Below are positions 1 through 9,560 of a DNA stretch of 64,000 nucleotides, piece by piece. This DNA is from Candidatus Latescibacterota bacterium (lineage in GTDB: Bacteria; Latescibacterota; UBA2968; GCA-2709665). The notes under the pieces are model-generated. The model searched no databases, was not told where the DNA came from, and saw only the letters and a program-made list of their open reading frames with translations. The DNA lies in NCBI GenBank assembly GCA_965205485.1, contig OZ242180.1, positions 5,061,461 to 5,125,460 on the forward strand, given 5' to 3'. The number at the start of each line of letters is the position of its first letter. The stretch's first letter is position 1. The translations under genes and the position numbers were made by a program.

Positions 1-1
1 A

Positions 2-424
2 AATGAAAACAACCGACCCGCCTCCGCGTGCCTCCATGTGGGGGACCACCAGCCGGGTCAATCGCACCCCGTGGAACACGTTCTTGTCGAAGGTCTCCAC
101 CCAATCCTCGTGCGTCGAATCCATAAACCTGTCGCCGGACCGTCCGCCCACGTTGTTGATCAGGATATCGATACCGCCAAGCTGCGCCGCGGCCTCATCC
201 ACGAACCGCCCCGCGTCATCCGGATCCTGCACGTCGGCCTGAATGGCGGCGACGCGAACGCCGAGCGCTTCGATCTGGTGCGCCGCCTCCGCGAGCGTCT
301 CCGACCGCCGGGCGCAGATCGCAACGTTGCACCCCTCCGTCGCCAGACCCCTGGCCGTTGCGAGACCGATTCCCTGGTTCGCCCCCGTCACAAGCGCGAC
401 TTTTCCCTTCAGATTCATGTCCAT
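2..424 (-). CDS. SDR family oxidoreductase (truncated by window start)
   Basis: Manual translation, not in the ORF track: MDMNLKGKVALVTGANQGIG (TGxxxGIG motif)...GIDILINNVG. GGAGGTGA RBS upstream. Confidence 0.9.
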   Translation of the reverse strand, partial: MDMNLKGKVALVTGANQGIGLATARGLATEGCNVAICARRSETLAEAAHQIEALGVRVAAIQADVQDPDDAGRFVDEAAAQLGGIDILINNVGGRSGDRFMDSTHEDWVETFDKNVFHGVRLTRLVVPHMEARGGGSVVFI

Positions 425-479
425 GGATCACCTCCGTTTTTTTCCGTTCGATCCGTATCGTAGACCCCGCACGCTCTGC

Positions 480-1788
480 TCAGCCGTCCACAATGCGCAG
501 GCGACCACCCTCGAGCCTGTATAGCTCCTCAAGACATCGGGGCCTGCGTTTGTTCTGCTGTCTCAATGCGGCCAGGTACTCTTTCCACTCCCCCTCGCGA
601 CCGGAACGGCTGAGTACATCTCTGACCTGGCGCAGATACGGTACGGCCTCCCGGTATCCGCTCGGCTTTACACGGGCGATCTCGTTCTCCGCCAATTCCT
701 TCCAGATTGCCACGGACCGGTCGGGATGGGTGGTCGCGATGGCGTCGGCCACTTCATCGTCAAGGGTGGCGTCACGCTGCCAGTGCTCAGACCTGGTCCT
801 TCTGGAATCGTCGTACCACTTCATCACCTCGTCCGGCTTCTTCTCGGCAATGGCCAACCGCATCAGCACGTCGACCATAGGCGCCTCTTCGTGACCGCGC
901 GGGGCCGGTATTTCGACTTCCGGAGCAGGCAGCGGCCAGTCCATCTTCGGGTCGCTCTTTCGTCTCCTGCCGCTTCTCGGCCGCCGGCCGGTTTGCAGAT
1001 ACAACCTGCACCATGCCTCGACGCCCTTGCCAACGCCCTGTATTGCGTACCTGGTACCCGCCGTAATGGTGGCTCTCCCATTCGGGTTCTTCCAGGGCAG
1101 CAATCTCGGAGCGGATGCGCTTCAGAACTCTGCGAGTCTCGCCAGACGTCAGGCTGCGGCGGTTTTCGAGCGACTGGCGCACCTCGTCGTGCGTTTCGGC
1201 GAGTTCCAACAGCAGCTCCACAAGTTCGGCTTTGGTATGCTCTTGCAGGTAGGCGCGCAAGGAAGCGTCTCCGGATTGACCGGTTCCGGAGCTTTCCGAA
1301 AGTGTCTCGGCAGACTCCTCGTCCGGTTCATCCAAGTCAAGTTCCGGCGGCTCCTCTTCGTGGTCTTCCTCCACGTCGAATTCCAGTGTTTCCTCGTCAT
1401 CTTCCGTGATTACGTCCAACTCCTCGAGGCGCGGATCGTCCGCCTCAACCCGGCCGACGGCGGTTCGGGTCTTGACCATCTCCAGGTATTCCACCACGAC
1501 GGCCACCGCGTGTTTGCACGTCGTCCAGTAGGGACAGGTACATTCGCCTATTAGGTCCTTGCTTCCCTCGATGCTCACCCTTGCGGCGTAGAGGCGACTG
1601 CCCTCCACCCAGGCGACCAACGCGTCCTCTTCGTCACGCTGCAATTCCCGAACCGCCCCTTTTCTCTGATAGGACCGACCCCGCGCGACGATGCGACTGC
1701 CGGCCCATTCCTCCAGATCGTCCCACGTCAGTTCCGAAAAGGCATCATTGGACGCATCGGATTTGGTCTTTTTCGTTCGTGAAGCCAT
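480..1788 (-). pseudogene. SWIM zinc-finger protein split across two frames (probable internal deletion or frameshift near 1035-1065)
   Basis: ORF 787..1788 has ARGRSY and CTCPYWTTCKH (SWIM), then loses protein-like character after EEPEWESHHYGG. ORF 480..1103 carries a family-like helical C-terminus (YREAVPYLRQV...KRRPRCLEEL). Confidence 0.7.
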
Positions 1789-1793
1789 CTCGT

Positions 1794-3368
1794 TCAGGTT
1801 ATCCTTTTTGATAAACCGGTAAGCGACCTGCGCAATACCGGATGCGGCGCCATGTAGGGCCCGCCGCTGCTGACGCCGGCGATCTCGTCGCCGCGCCAGC
1901 GAAAGGTCACCGTCTCTTCTTCGGCGGACTCGTCCCGCGACAGCTCCTCCTCCTCGTACTCGGGAAGAGCAAAGCGCAACTCGCTGGTCACAACCCTTTC
2001 ACATTGCGCCACCACCACGAACCCGTTCTCCACCGTTGTCTCGACAGGCCGCCCGTCGACGGTCACCGAGCAGGTCCCCTCATCGGCCCAGCCCGGGAAA
2101 CGCAGCCGCAGTTCCTTTCCGGTTCGGTTGACCACGGTGACCCGCCCCGCGTTTTCATCGCGCTCCGCCCTCACCGCGACCTCGGGCAACTCGCGGTCGA
2201 AGTGAAAGTTGACGCGGACGATCTCTTCCTCGACGTCCACGGTCCGGGTCCAGAGCTCGATGAGGCTGTGGAGGGTAGCGGCGGTGAAATCGGTGACGCA
2301 GGTCTGGCCGCTGACGTGGCCTACCGAGCCGCCGATGGCGCCCACGAAACGGTTGGGGAGGTCACGGTAGCAGTCGCGGGGGTCATCTGCTACGGCAGGC
2401 CGGATCGGAACCGGTTTCCGCACCTGAGCCGGGAACAGCCGGGCCCGCGCGATGCGCTCCGCATCGTCGAGCAGCCCGGGGTCGGCGAACAGGTCCCACA
2501 GCAACAGGGCGATGTGCGCGATGTCGCCGGCCGAGGCGATGTCGCCGCCGTAGCGTTTCCCGACGTCGTGGGTGACGAACCCGGAGCGGGTGATCATCCC
2601 GGACACGGCATCACCGTAAGTCTTGTATATCAACTCCTGGCGTTCGCGCGAACCCTGCAGCACGGCCAGCATCAGCAGGCCGCGGAGGGTGTTGAGGTAC
2701 GAGTGGGTGTGGTCGCCGCAGCCCCGAGCGAGGCTGCCGTCCGCGGTCAGCACGTATCCGAAGTGGAAATCGGCCAGGCGCTCCGCTTCCTCGAGTGCGG
2801 CCGGATCGCCGGTGGCCGCGTGGAAACAGAGCAAGCCCTCGATGGCGCGGCCGTGGGTGTATGCCGGGGCGGCGCTGTTGCCGTGCTTCGCCCGCGCAGG
2901 TCCGCCGTCGAACGAGAACCTCCATTCCATCAGATCCTGACTGGCGCGGCTCATTCCCTCGATCGCCCGGCGGCCCCACCCGGCGGCGCGGTTGCTGCCG
3001 CGGTATTCGACCAGCAATCCGAAGGACAGCATGGTCTCGCGGTAGGAGTGGATGTACCAGGTCGCGGAGTCCCGGGGATCGACGTCCTCGAGGAAGATGC
3101 CGCTGGCGTTGTCGGACAGGCGCCGGCTGTTCTCCAGCATCGCCGCTTCCATCTCCGCGGGGATCTCGAAGCCGGCGGCGCGCTCGAGCCGCAGCATCGT
3201 GTTCCACCAGCGTCCGACGTTGTGGCCGGTGCAGTAGGGCCGAAACTGGTACATCGCGCGCAGATCGCCGTCGACGGCCATGTGCCAGTATGGCAGGTAG
3301 CCGTCGTCACGCGACAGACTGCCGAGGAGGTTTCGGCCGGACAGCAGCAAACGGTCCTTGACGTTCAT
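1794..3368 (-). CDS. Hypothetical protein, possible (alpha/alpha)-barrel glycosidase-like fold with C-terminal beta domain (GH127-like architecture)
   Basis: Long ORF; likely start MNVKDRL at 3368. Contains HNVGRWW, GDHTHSYLNTL and LRLRFPGWA (resembles the LRIPxW motif). Confidence 0.5.
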   Translation of the reverse strand: MNVKDRLLLSGRNLLGSLSRDDGYLPYWHMAVDGDLRAMYQFRPYCTGHNVGRWWNTMLRLERAAGFEIPAEMEAAMLENSRRLSDNASGIFLEDVDPRDSATWYIHSYRETMLSFGLLVEYRGSNRAAGWGRRAIEGMSRASQDLMEWRFSFDGGPARAKHGNSAAPAYTHGRAIEGLLCFHAATGDPAALEEAERLADFHFGYVLTADGSLARGCGDHTHSYLNTLRGLLMLAVLQGSRERQELIYKTYGDAVSGMITRSGFVTHDVGKRYGGDIASAGDIAHIALLLWDLFADPGLLDDAERIARARLFPAQVRKPVPIRPAVADDPRDCYRDLPNRFVGAIGGSVGHVSGQTCVTDFTAATLHSLIELWTRTVDVEEEIVRVNFHFDRELPEVAVRAERDENAGRVTVVNRTGKELRLRFPGWADEGTCSVTVDGRPVETTVENGFVVVAQCERVVTSELRFALPEYEEEELSRDESAEEETVTFRWRGDEIAGVSSGGPYMAPHPVLRRSLTGLSKRIT

Positions 3369-3473
3369 AGGGTGTGGTCGACTCTGAACACGTCTTTCCG
3401 ATCTTCTGGCATCCGACGCTGAGCCACATTCGCAAAATGCGACAGTGACAGGTTTTTGGTTTTCCCTCTGTAT

Positions 3474-3501
3474 CTTCGTGCCTTTGTGCCGTCGTGTGAG
3501 A
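3474..3501. repeat. Short intergenic repeat unit (minus strand TCTCACACGACGGCACAAAGGCACGAAG)
   Basis: 9-bp periodicity (GGCACAAAG/GGCACGAAG), resembling repeats that commonly flank GxxExxY genes. Confidence 0.4.
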
Positions 3502-3534
3502 AATGCCATCGGGTACGGCAAGCGGTTGGGGCTA

Positions 3535-4275
3535 TTATCGTCGTCTGGCCTCCGCGTCTGCCGCCTTGCGCTTCTCGAAGAATGCCCGGACGTCCACGAG
3601 TTGTTTTGCGTAGAACGCGGCATCCTCATTGTCTCGTGACTCCAGCGCGGCGACGGACGCGTCGAATTCCGATTCGCCGGTTTCGTTGTCGCCCGAGAGG
3701 ATCTTCGCCAGCCCGATGTATCCTTCGTGCATGGTCCGGTTATCCGGATTCCCGTCGTCCGGCGCGCTGTGGTCTCTCGCGGCTTCAAATACAGTCAGCG
3801 CCTCCTCGTACGACCCGTCCGCGATCAGGTGTGCGCCCAGAAACCAGTATGTATAGGCAAGTTGCGCGTCGGTCGGATCCAATTCCTGGAGTTGCCGAAC
3901 GGCGTACCGCGCGAAGGCGATTCCGTGCCGCATCTGCCCGGGCGAAATCTCGACGCCCGGTTCGTCCCAGCCGATCCACGTGAAGGACGCGGCGTTGGTG
4001 GCGATCCTCTTGGCGGCGAACCGGAGCTCCCTCGCGGAATCGGCGTCCTCATCGTATTCGCAGGCATGAGCGAGACAATAGTGGATACCGGCGTTGGCGA
4101 AGTGGATCACCTGTTCCGTGGACTTCGCCTTCCAATAACAGTCGAGCAGGAGGTCTTCAAAAACCTTCACCATGTCGGTCTCTTCCCAGAGTCCGAGCAC
4201 GTACTCGCTCGCGGCGTAGAGGTCCTTTTCCTCGGCCAGAGATTGAACCGTATCGTAAATCTCCTCGCGTGTCAC
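3535..4275 (-). CDS. Hypothetical helical/TPR-like protein
   Basis: 246 aa ORF, GTG start with GGAGG RBS. Acidic and helical, with a TPR-like YWFLGAHLIADGSYEEALTVFE segment. Confidence 0.65.
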   Translation of the reverse strand: MTREEIYDTVQSLAEEKDLYAASEYVLGLWEETDMVKVFEDLLLDCYWKAKSTEQVIHFANAGIHYCLAHACEYDEDADSARELRFAAKRIATNAASFTWIGWDEPGVEISPGQMRHGIAFARYAVRQLQELDPTDAQLAYTYWFLGAHLIADGSYEEALTVFEAARDHSAPDDGNPDNRTMHEGYIGLAKILSGDNETGESEFDASVAALESRDNEDAAFYAKQLVDVRAFFEKRKAADAEARRR

Positions 4276-4334
4276 GCGACCTCCAGGTCAGTTTCAGTTG
4301 GTGAACTTCTCCGAATGGCTGCGAACAACGATCG

Positions 4335-4840
4335 AACATGGATACACAGGATAGGCAGGATCACACCTGTCCAGAATCGTCTGCTCCAACTACTATCACG
4401 ACATGATGCACCTGCAACCGGAGCGAGGGCATCCTGCCCTCGAACTACGCGTCACCTACCCCTATTCTGGTCACGAGACTGACGGGTTCATTCAATCTGA
4501 CACCGGTTCACGGAAAACACCGTGTGCGACGAGTTACCCGATGTCGAGGGCAGGATGCCCTCGCTCCCGGGAACGCCAACCACACCGGTCCCAAATCGGT
4601 TTCTGTCTTGGAAGGCCTTGGCCAAATGAGAAACACCTGCACTGGCACTTCGAAACGACTTTCAAGAAAACCAGGTACTTACGCATCCAAGATCGTCTTT
4701 TTCAAACTATCCTGGACAGCAGTTACTCAGGATCAAAAGCCGAATATCGGGAATTACCGCAAAATGACCATATATAGCAGGACAAAGAACCGAATTCAGT
4801 GTCTCTGGTCTTTATCCTGTTTATCCTGTCCATCCATGTT
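4335..4840. repeat. Outer 27-bp inverted repeat pair (4335-4361 / 4814-4840)
   Basis: AACATGGATACACAGGATAGGCAGGAT vs reverse complement AACATGGATGGACAGGATAAACAGGAT: 23/27 identical, with 9-bp internal periodicity. Confidence 0.8.
4420..4567. repeat. REP-like inverted pair (4420-4443 / 4544-4567)
   Basis: Perfect 24-bp inverted repeat GGAGCGAGGGCATCCTGCCCTCGA. Each copy is itself a hairpin (CGAGGGCA-tcc-TGCCCTCG). Confidence 0.85.
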
Positions 4841-4846
4841 TCCCGC

Positions 4847-6562
4847 TTATCTGGATTCCGCGCACCAGGCATGAAAGTCATCAAGGGACATCGCGTTCAG
4901 GACATCTCCGGCCGTGAGTCCGCCCTTCCGGCCGACGCCGAGCCCGTATTCCATCTGCGCCAGTCCCTCTATGCTGTGGGCATCGGTATTGATGGAAATT
5001 TTCACCCCTCTTTCCCGCGCGTATCCGATATGCCGCCAGTCCATGTCCAGCCGGCGTGGATTGGCATTCAGCTCGATGGCCGTGTTGGCCGCGGCCGCGG
5101 CGTCGATGACGGCGCGGTGGTCCAGCGGGTAACCCTCCCGCGAAAGCAGCAATCGCCCCGTGGGATGTCCCAGGATGTGCACGTGAGGATTCCGGACCGC
5201 GCGCACGATCCGGTCGGTGGCTTCGGCCTCGGTCATGCCGAACCTGGAATGCACCGACGCAACGACAACCTCGAATTGAGCCAGAAAGTCATCCTCGAAA
5301 TCCAACCGCCCGTCGCCCAGTATATCAACTTCAATGCCCTTCAACACCCGGATGCCATCGAGTTTGGCGTTTACGCTGTCGATCTCCTCCCACTGGGCGC
5401 GGACCCGTTCCTCGGTCAGGCCGTTCGCATAGGCCGCCGCCTTGCTGTGGTCGCATATCCCGATATACTCGTAACCCAGACCTGCCGCCGCCTTCGCCAT
5501 CTCCATGACATCCGCCCGGCCGTCGCTGTGCCGTGTATGAACGTGCAGCGTCCCTCGGAGGTCGGCGCGTGACACCAGCGAGGGAATCTCGCCCGCCGCT
5601 GCCAGCCGGACCTCGTCTTCGCCCTCGCGAAGTTCCGGCGGGATTTCGGACAGACCCAGCGCCTCGAATAACGCGGCCTCGTCTCCGCAGGTGATTCGAC
5701 GCTCGCCGTCGAACAATCCGTACTCGTTCAACCGCAGTCCCATGTCGGACGCTCTGTCCCGCATCTGCGAAACATGCGCCTCGTTTCCCGTCACGTGATG
5801 CAGCGCAGTCGGAAACGCCTCCTCCGCCACCAGCCACAGGTTTGCGCGCAGGCCAGACTTCAACACAACGCTCACCCGCGATTCCCCGGTTTCGACAACC
5901 TCGGCCACTTCTCCAAAACCTGTAAATGCCACGGCCAGCGCATCCGGGTCCTGTGTACTTGCCACGAGATCGAGGTCGCTGTGCGCCTCCATACGGCGTC
6001 GCATCGACCCGGCCACGGCCACACGGTCAACGTTGGCCTGGACTTCCAGGAACGCCAGAACGCCCTCCACGTCGCGGCCCGCGTAATCGCACAGAAACCG
6101 GCCCCGGTGCTTTTGCATGTATTGAATGCCGTGCGCGATCCGTTCGGCCGTTTTGCGGCCGAATCCGCTCATCGCCTCAAGATCGCCCGAGTCGCAGGCC
6201 CTGGATAGCGCATCGATGTCCACGATGCCCAGTTCCTCGTAGATCGCGCGCACTCTCTTGGCGCCAAGTCCCGGTATTTCAGTCATTTCGATCAATCCTT
6301 CCGGGACCGACGCTTTCAATTCCTCGAGGCCGGGCAAATGCCCGGTTTCCACGAGTTTGCTGATCCGCCCCGCGAGTCCCTTCCCGATACCCCGGACCGA
6401 ATCCAGCTTTCCCTCGGCTGCCAGCGCCGCGACCGGTTCCCCGAGGGAGTCGATTGCCCGGGCGGCATTGGCGTACGCGCGAATGCGGAATCCGCCTTCG
6501 CCGTTCAACTCCATCAACGTCGCCATCTCTTCCAGGATTTCCGCGACCTCCCGGTTGTCCAT
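4847..6562 (-). CDS. polX: DNA polymerase X / PHP 3'-5' exonuclease (altered polymerase site)
   Basis: MDNREVAEILEEMA...FRIRAYANAA, HhH repeats, GSMRR..SDLD. PHP motifs HVHT..SDG, DHS, GIEVDI, HPTGR, NTDAH. GGAGGAG RBS. Confidence 0.92.
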   Translation of the reverse strand: MDNREVAEILEEMATLMELNGEGGFRIRAYANAARAIDSLGEPVAALAAEGKLDSVRGIGKGLAGRISKLVETGHLPGLEELKASVPEGLIEMTEIPGLGAKRVRAIYEELGIVDIDALSRACDSGDLEAMSGFGRKTAERIAHGIQYMQKHRGRFLCDYAGRDVEGVLAFLEVQANVDRVAVAGSMRRRMEAHSDLDLVASTQDPDALAVAFTGFGEVAEVVETGESRVSVVLKSGLRANLWLVAEEAFPTALHHVTGNEAHVSQMRDRASDMGLRLNEYGLFDGERRITCGDEAALFEALGLSEIPPELREGEDEVRLAAAGEIPSLVSRADLRGTLHVHTRHSDGRADVMEMAKAAAGLGYEYIGICDHSKAAAYANGLTEERVRAQWEEIDSVNAKLDGIRVLKGIEVDILGDGRLDFEDDFLAQFEVVVASVHSRFGMTEAEATDRIVRAVRNPHVHILGHPTGRLLLSREGYPLDHRAVIDAAAAANTAIELNANPRRLDMDWRHIGYARERGVKISINTDAHSIEGLAQMEYGLGVGRKGGLTAGDVLNAMSLDDFHAWCAESR

Positions 6563-6668
6563 TGCTCCTCCGTGATCAGTTTGCAGGCGGCTATACCAGT
6601 CTCGGACGTGCGGCCGATCGCCGGATCCGGATCGTTGTCGGCGGGCCGTTGCTCCCGAATTCGGCAGT

Positions 6669-7190
6669 TTACTCCGGCACCGTGGCCCGGGTACTTCCCA
6701 CGTCGTCCAGCAGCCGGTTGTTCTTCCGGATATAGATAGGCGTGAATGCAAATGCGATCATATTCACCAGCAGGCTCAGGATCGCCAGGACCTCGTGCAG
6801 GATCTGATAGAACGTACGGCCCCCTTCGCCGCCGCTCCAAAGCAGGTCGGCGTGCGCGCCGCCGCCGATCATCGCCGCGGCCATGATCAGCAGAATACCA
6901 AGCGTCAGAAGGTAGAAGAAACCGCCCTTGAACGCGCGGGCGCGGGCAAGAAACTCCGGATTCAGACCTCGTTCCCGCACCTCGGCCTTGATCGCGGAAC
7001 CCGTACCCATGAAGTAAAACATCGTCGTCGTCTGTGTCAGGACCGTGAGAAACGCGGCCAGAAGCCCGACCTTCAGGTGGGCGCTCACCGATACCGACAT
7101 CCAGTCGAAACGCGACGCGTAACCCATGCCGAAGCTGACCAGCAACAGCGGGACATTCACAACGAGCATGCCCAGAATGGCCGCCTGCAT
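6669..7190 (-). CDS. Four-helix membrane protein, hypothetical
   Basis: Four hydrophobic segments, His residues at helix ends, YFMGTG motif. Start MQAAILG. Confidence 0.7.
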   Translation of the reverse strand: MQAAILGMLVVNVPLLLVSFGMGYASRFDWMSVSVSAHLKVGLLAAFLTVLTQTTTMFYFMGTGSAIKAEVRERGLNPEFLARARAFKGGFFYLLTLGILLIMAAAMIGGGAHADLLWSGGEGGRTFYQILHEVLAILSLLVNMIAFAFTPIYIRKNNRLLDDVGSTRATVPE

Positions 7191-7371
7191 CGTTGTCGAT
7201 CTGACCCCCTCGGAAGCACCCGGACGTTCCGATCCGGTTCCCACCGCGGACCTCCCGTTCGATAATTTAAAGAAAATGACCAGCACGCACGGCGCCCGGA
7301 TCCAGTGAAAACCCCTCATGATTTCTGTGGACATTTGGGTCACAGGATTTATCTTCTACGCCGTTCGCAGG

Positions 7372-7400
7372 AATATAGACAGAGAAAGCAACGTCGTCAA
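7372..7400 (-). promoter_or_regulatory. sigma70-type promoter for membrane protein / polX
   Basis: TTGACG-17 nt-TATATT on the minus strand. Confidence 0.6.
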
Positions 7401-7433
7401 CTTTCTCACATGATGCCTCAGGAAAGCACGCCC

Positions 7434-8480
7434 ATGGCGACAAAGTTGAGGGTGGCGATAGCCGGACTGGGCCGGGCCGGATGGTCCATACATTTCAATA
7501 GGCTCAAAGATGCGCCGAATTTCCAGCTCGCTGCCGTTATCGACCCCCTCCCCGAGCGTCTCGACGAGGCGGCAGCTCTATCAGGCTGCCGGACATACCG
7601 GACCCACGGAGCGTTCTGGAAGAAAGAGCGACCTGACATACTGGTCGTCGCCACGCCAACGAGATTTCACGAACGGCACGCCAGGCGGGCACTCAAGGAA
7701 GGCTGTCACGTCATCCTCGAAAAGCCGATGACCACCACTCTGAGATCGGCCGACCGCATCATTGACGAAGCAGCGCGGCATGACCGCCGCGTACTCGTCT
7801 TCCAGCCGCATCGTCTTGCAGCTGAGACTCAAACGCTCAAAGGGATCCTCGACAGCGGGATTCTTGGCCCGGTCTACCTCATCCGAAGGTCGTTGACGCG
7901 TTACGTGCGCCGCAACGACTGGCAGAGCCTGCGTAAACACGGCGGCGGAATGCTCAACAACTACGGGGCCCATTATGTCGACCAGTTGCTGTATGTCTCC
8001 GACGGCACGCCCGTTGTCGACGTGCAATGCAATCTCTGGGCTGTCGCGACACGCGGAGACGCGGACGACGTGGTCAAAGTCTGGCTGCGGACCCGGCGCA
8101 ATCAGCTCCTCGATCTGGAAATCAATCAGGCGGCCGCGCTCCCCCTTCCTCCCTGGCACGTATGCGGGCGATACGGAACCCTCATCCAGTCGGAAGACGC
8201 TTTCCAAATCAGGTATTACGACCCCGATCAGGCGCCGGAGCTGGAGGTTTTCGAGGGCGCGGCGCCGGGGCGCAGCTATGACAACAGGGACCGGCTCCCG
8301 TGGCGTGAAAAGACCGTGGCCATTCGTCCGGAAACGCAACTGGACTTTTATGCGAACATCTACCAGACGATTGCGCGAAACGCGGAGCCCCATATCAAGA
8401 CCCACGAATCCCGCGAATTGATCCGCGTCATCGAACAATGCCGAAGAAGGGCCAAATTCGGAAAGGAGAGCGATGCGTAA
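7434..8480 (+). CDS. Gfo/Idh/MocA family oxidoreductase
   Basis: RVAIAGLGRAG, VATPTRFH, LEKPM, GGGMLNNYGAHYVD. Confidence 0.9.
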   Translation: MATKLRVAIAGLGRAGWSIHFNRLKDAPNFQLAAVIDPLPERLDEAAALSGCRTYRTHGAFWKKERPDILVVATPTRFHERHARRALKEGCHVILEKPMTTTLRSADRIIDEAARHDRRVLVFQPHRLAAETQTLKGILDSGILGPVYLIRRSLTRYVRRNDWQSLRKHGGGMLNNYGAHYVDQLLYVSDGTPVVDVQCNLWAVATRGDADDVVKVWLRTRRNQLLDLEINQAAALPLPPWHVCGRYGTLIQSEDAFQIRYYDPDQAPELEVFEGAAPGRSYDNRDRLPWREKTVAIRPETQLDFYANIYQTIARNAEPHIKTHESRELIRVIEQCRRRAKFGKESDA

Positions 8481-9537
8481 ATCTTCCCGTGCTTTTCTCG
8501 AATCCATGCTCAATGCGCCAGGTCCATCCGGGTACGAAGGCCCCGTCCGCGACGTCTGGACGGCGGAAACGAAGGAATACGCGGAGAGCGTCTCCGTTGA
8601 CGCGCACGGCAACGCGATTGCCGTCCACAACGCCAAAGGCAGCCCGCGAATCATGCTGGCCGGGCACATGGATGAACTGGGATTCCAGGTCAACCATATA
8701 GACGACAACGGATTCATCTACGTCAACGCGATCGGCGGCTTCGACACGAATATCATCCCGGGCAGGAAGGTCCGCATCCATACCTCTTCCGGTGCCATTC
8801 CCGGTGTATTCGGCAAGAAACCAATTCATCTGATGACCGATGAAGACCGGAAAAAGACACCGAAGATTCACGATCTCTGGATCGACGTCGGCGCAGCGGA
8901 CAAGAAAGAGGCCGGAAAGGTCGTCGACATCGGCGATCCCGTCACGTACGATCCCAATTTCGAAGTCATCCGGGGAGACCTGGCCGCCTCCCGCGCCTTC
9001 GACAACAAGATGGGCGCTTACGTCGCGGCGGAGACCCTGCGCTGCGTTGCCCGTTCCGGGAAGACGTCCCGGGCCGCTCTGTTCGCGGTTGCCACCGTAC
9101 AGGAAGAGATCGGGCTGCGAGGCGCCAGAACCAGCGCGTACGGAATCAACCCGCACGTTGGTATCGGGCTGGACGTCGCCTGCGCAACCGATCATCCGGA
9201 CGTTGACAAACGACGGGACGGCGATCTGAAGGTCGGGGCCGGACCCGTCATCGCCCGTGGAGCGAACATCAATCCCGTCGTCTTCAAACGCCTCGTTTCC
9301 GCGGCGCGAAAGGCCGACGTGCCGTATCAGATCGAAGCCGCGGCGGGCGGAACGGGAACGGACGCGAACGCCATCCAGCTCACGCGCGCCGGCGTGGCTA
9401 CCGGCCTCGTCAGCGTGGCGCTGCGTTATATGCATACGCCCGTGGAGGTCCTCTCGTTGAAGGACCTGGACCGGACCGTCGCCCTGCTCACCGAATTCAT
9501 CCTGTCAATCACGCCGAAGACCCGATTCATTCCGTAA
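8473..9537 (+). CDS. M42 family aminopeptidase
   Basis: GPSGYE, AGHMDELG, AFDNKMG, VQEEIGLRGA, GTDA, RYMHTPVE. Confidence 0.93.
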   Translation: MRKSSRAFLESMLNAPGPSGYEGPVRDVWTAETKEYAESVSVDAHGNAIAVHNAKGSPRIMLAGHMDELGFQVNHIDDNGFIYVNAIGGFDTNIIPGRKVRIHTSSGAIPGVFGKKPIHLMTDEDRKKTPKIHDLWIDVGAADKKEAGKVVDIGDPVTYDPNFEVIRGDLAASRAFDNKMGAYVAAETLRCVARSGKTSRAALFAVATVQEEIGLRGARTSAYGINPHVGIGLDVACATDHPDVDKRRDGDLKVGAGPVIARGANINPVVFKRLVSAARKADVPYQIEAAAGGTGTDANAIQLTRAGVATGLVSVALRYMHTPVEVLSLKDLDRTVALLTEFILSITPKTRFIP

Positions 9538-9560
9538 CCGTCCGCGAAGCCGGAGACACT

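Noticed and set aside
1842..3422. Long antisense ORFs (also 12901-14349, 29379-30869, 40556-41839 and others)
   Set aside because: Shadow ORFs expected at high GC opposite real genes, with no motifs.
4403..4874. ORFs inside the repeat-bounded segment
   Set aside because: No RBS, atypical codon use, no recognisable GxxExxY or transposase motifs.
4847..7190. Anti-phage defence system around polX / SWIM / TPR genes
   Set aside because: No recognisable defence domains; the genes are separated by repeats and have ordinary composition.
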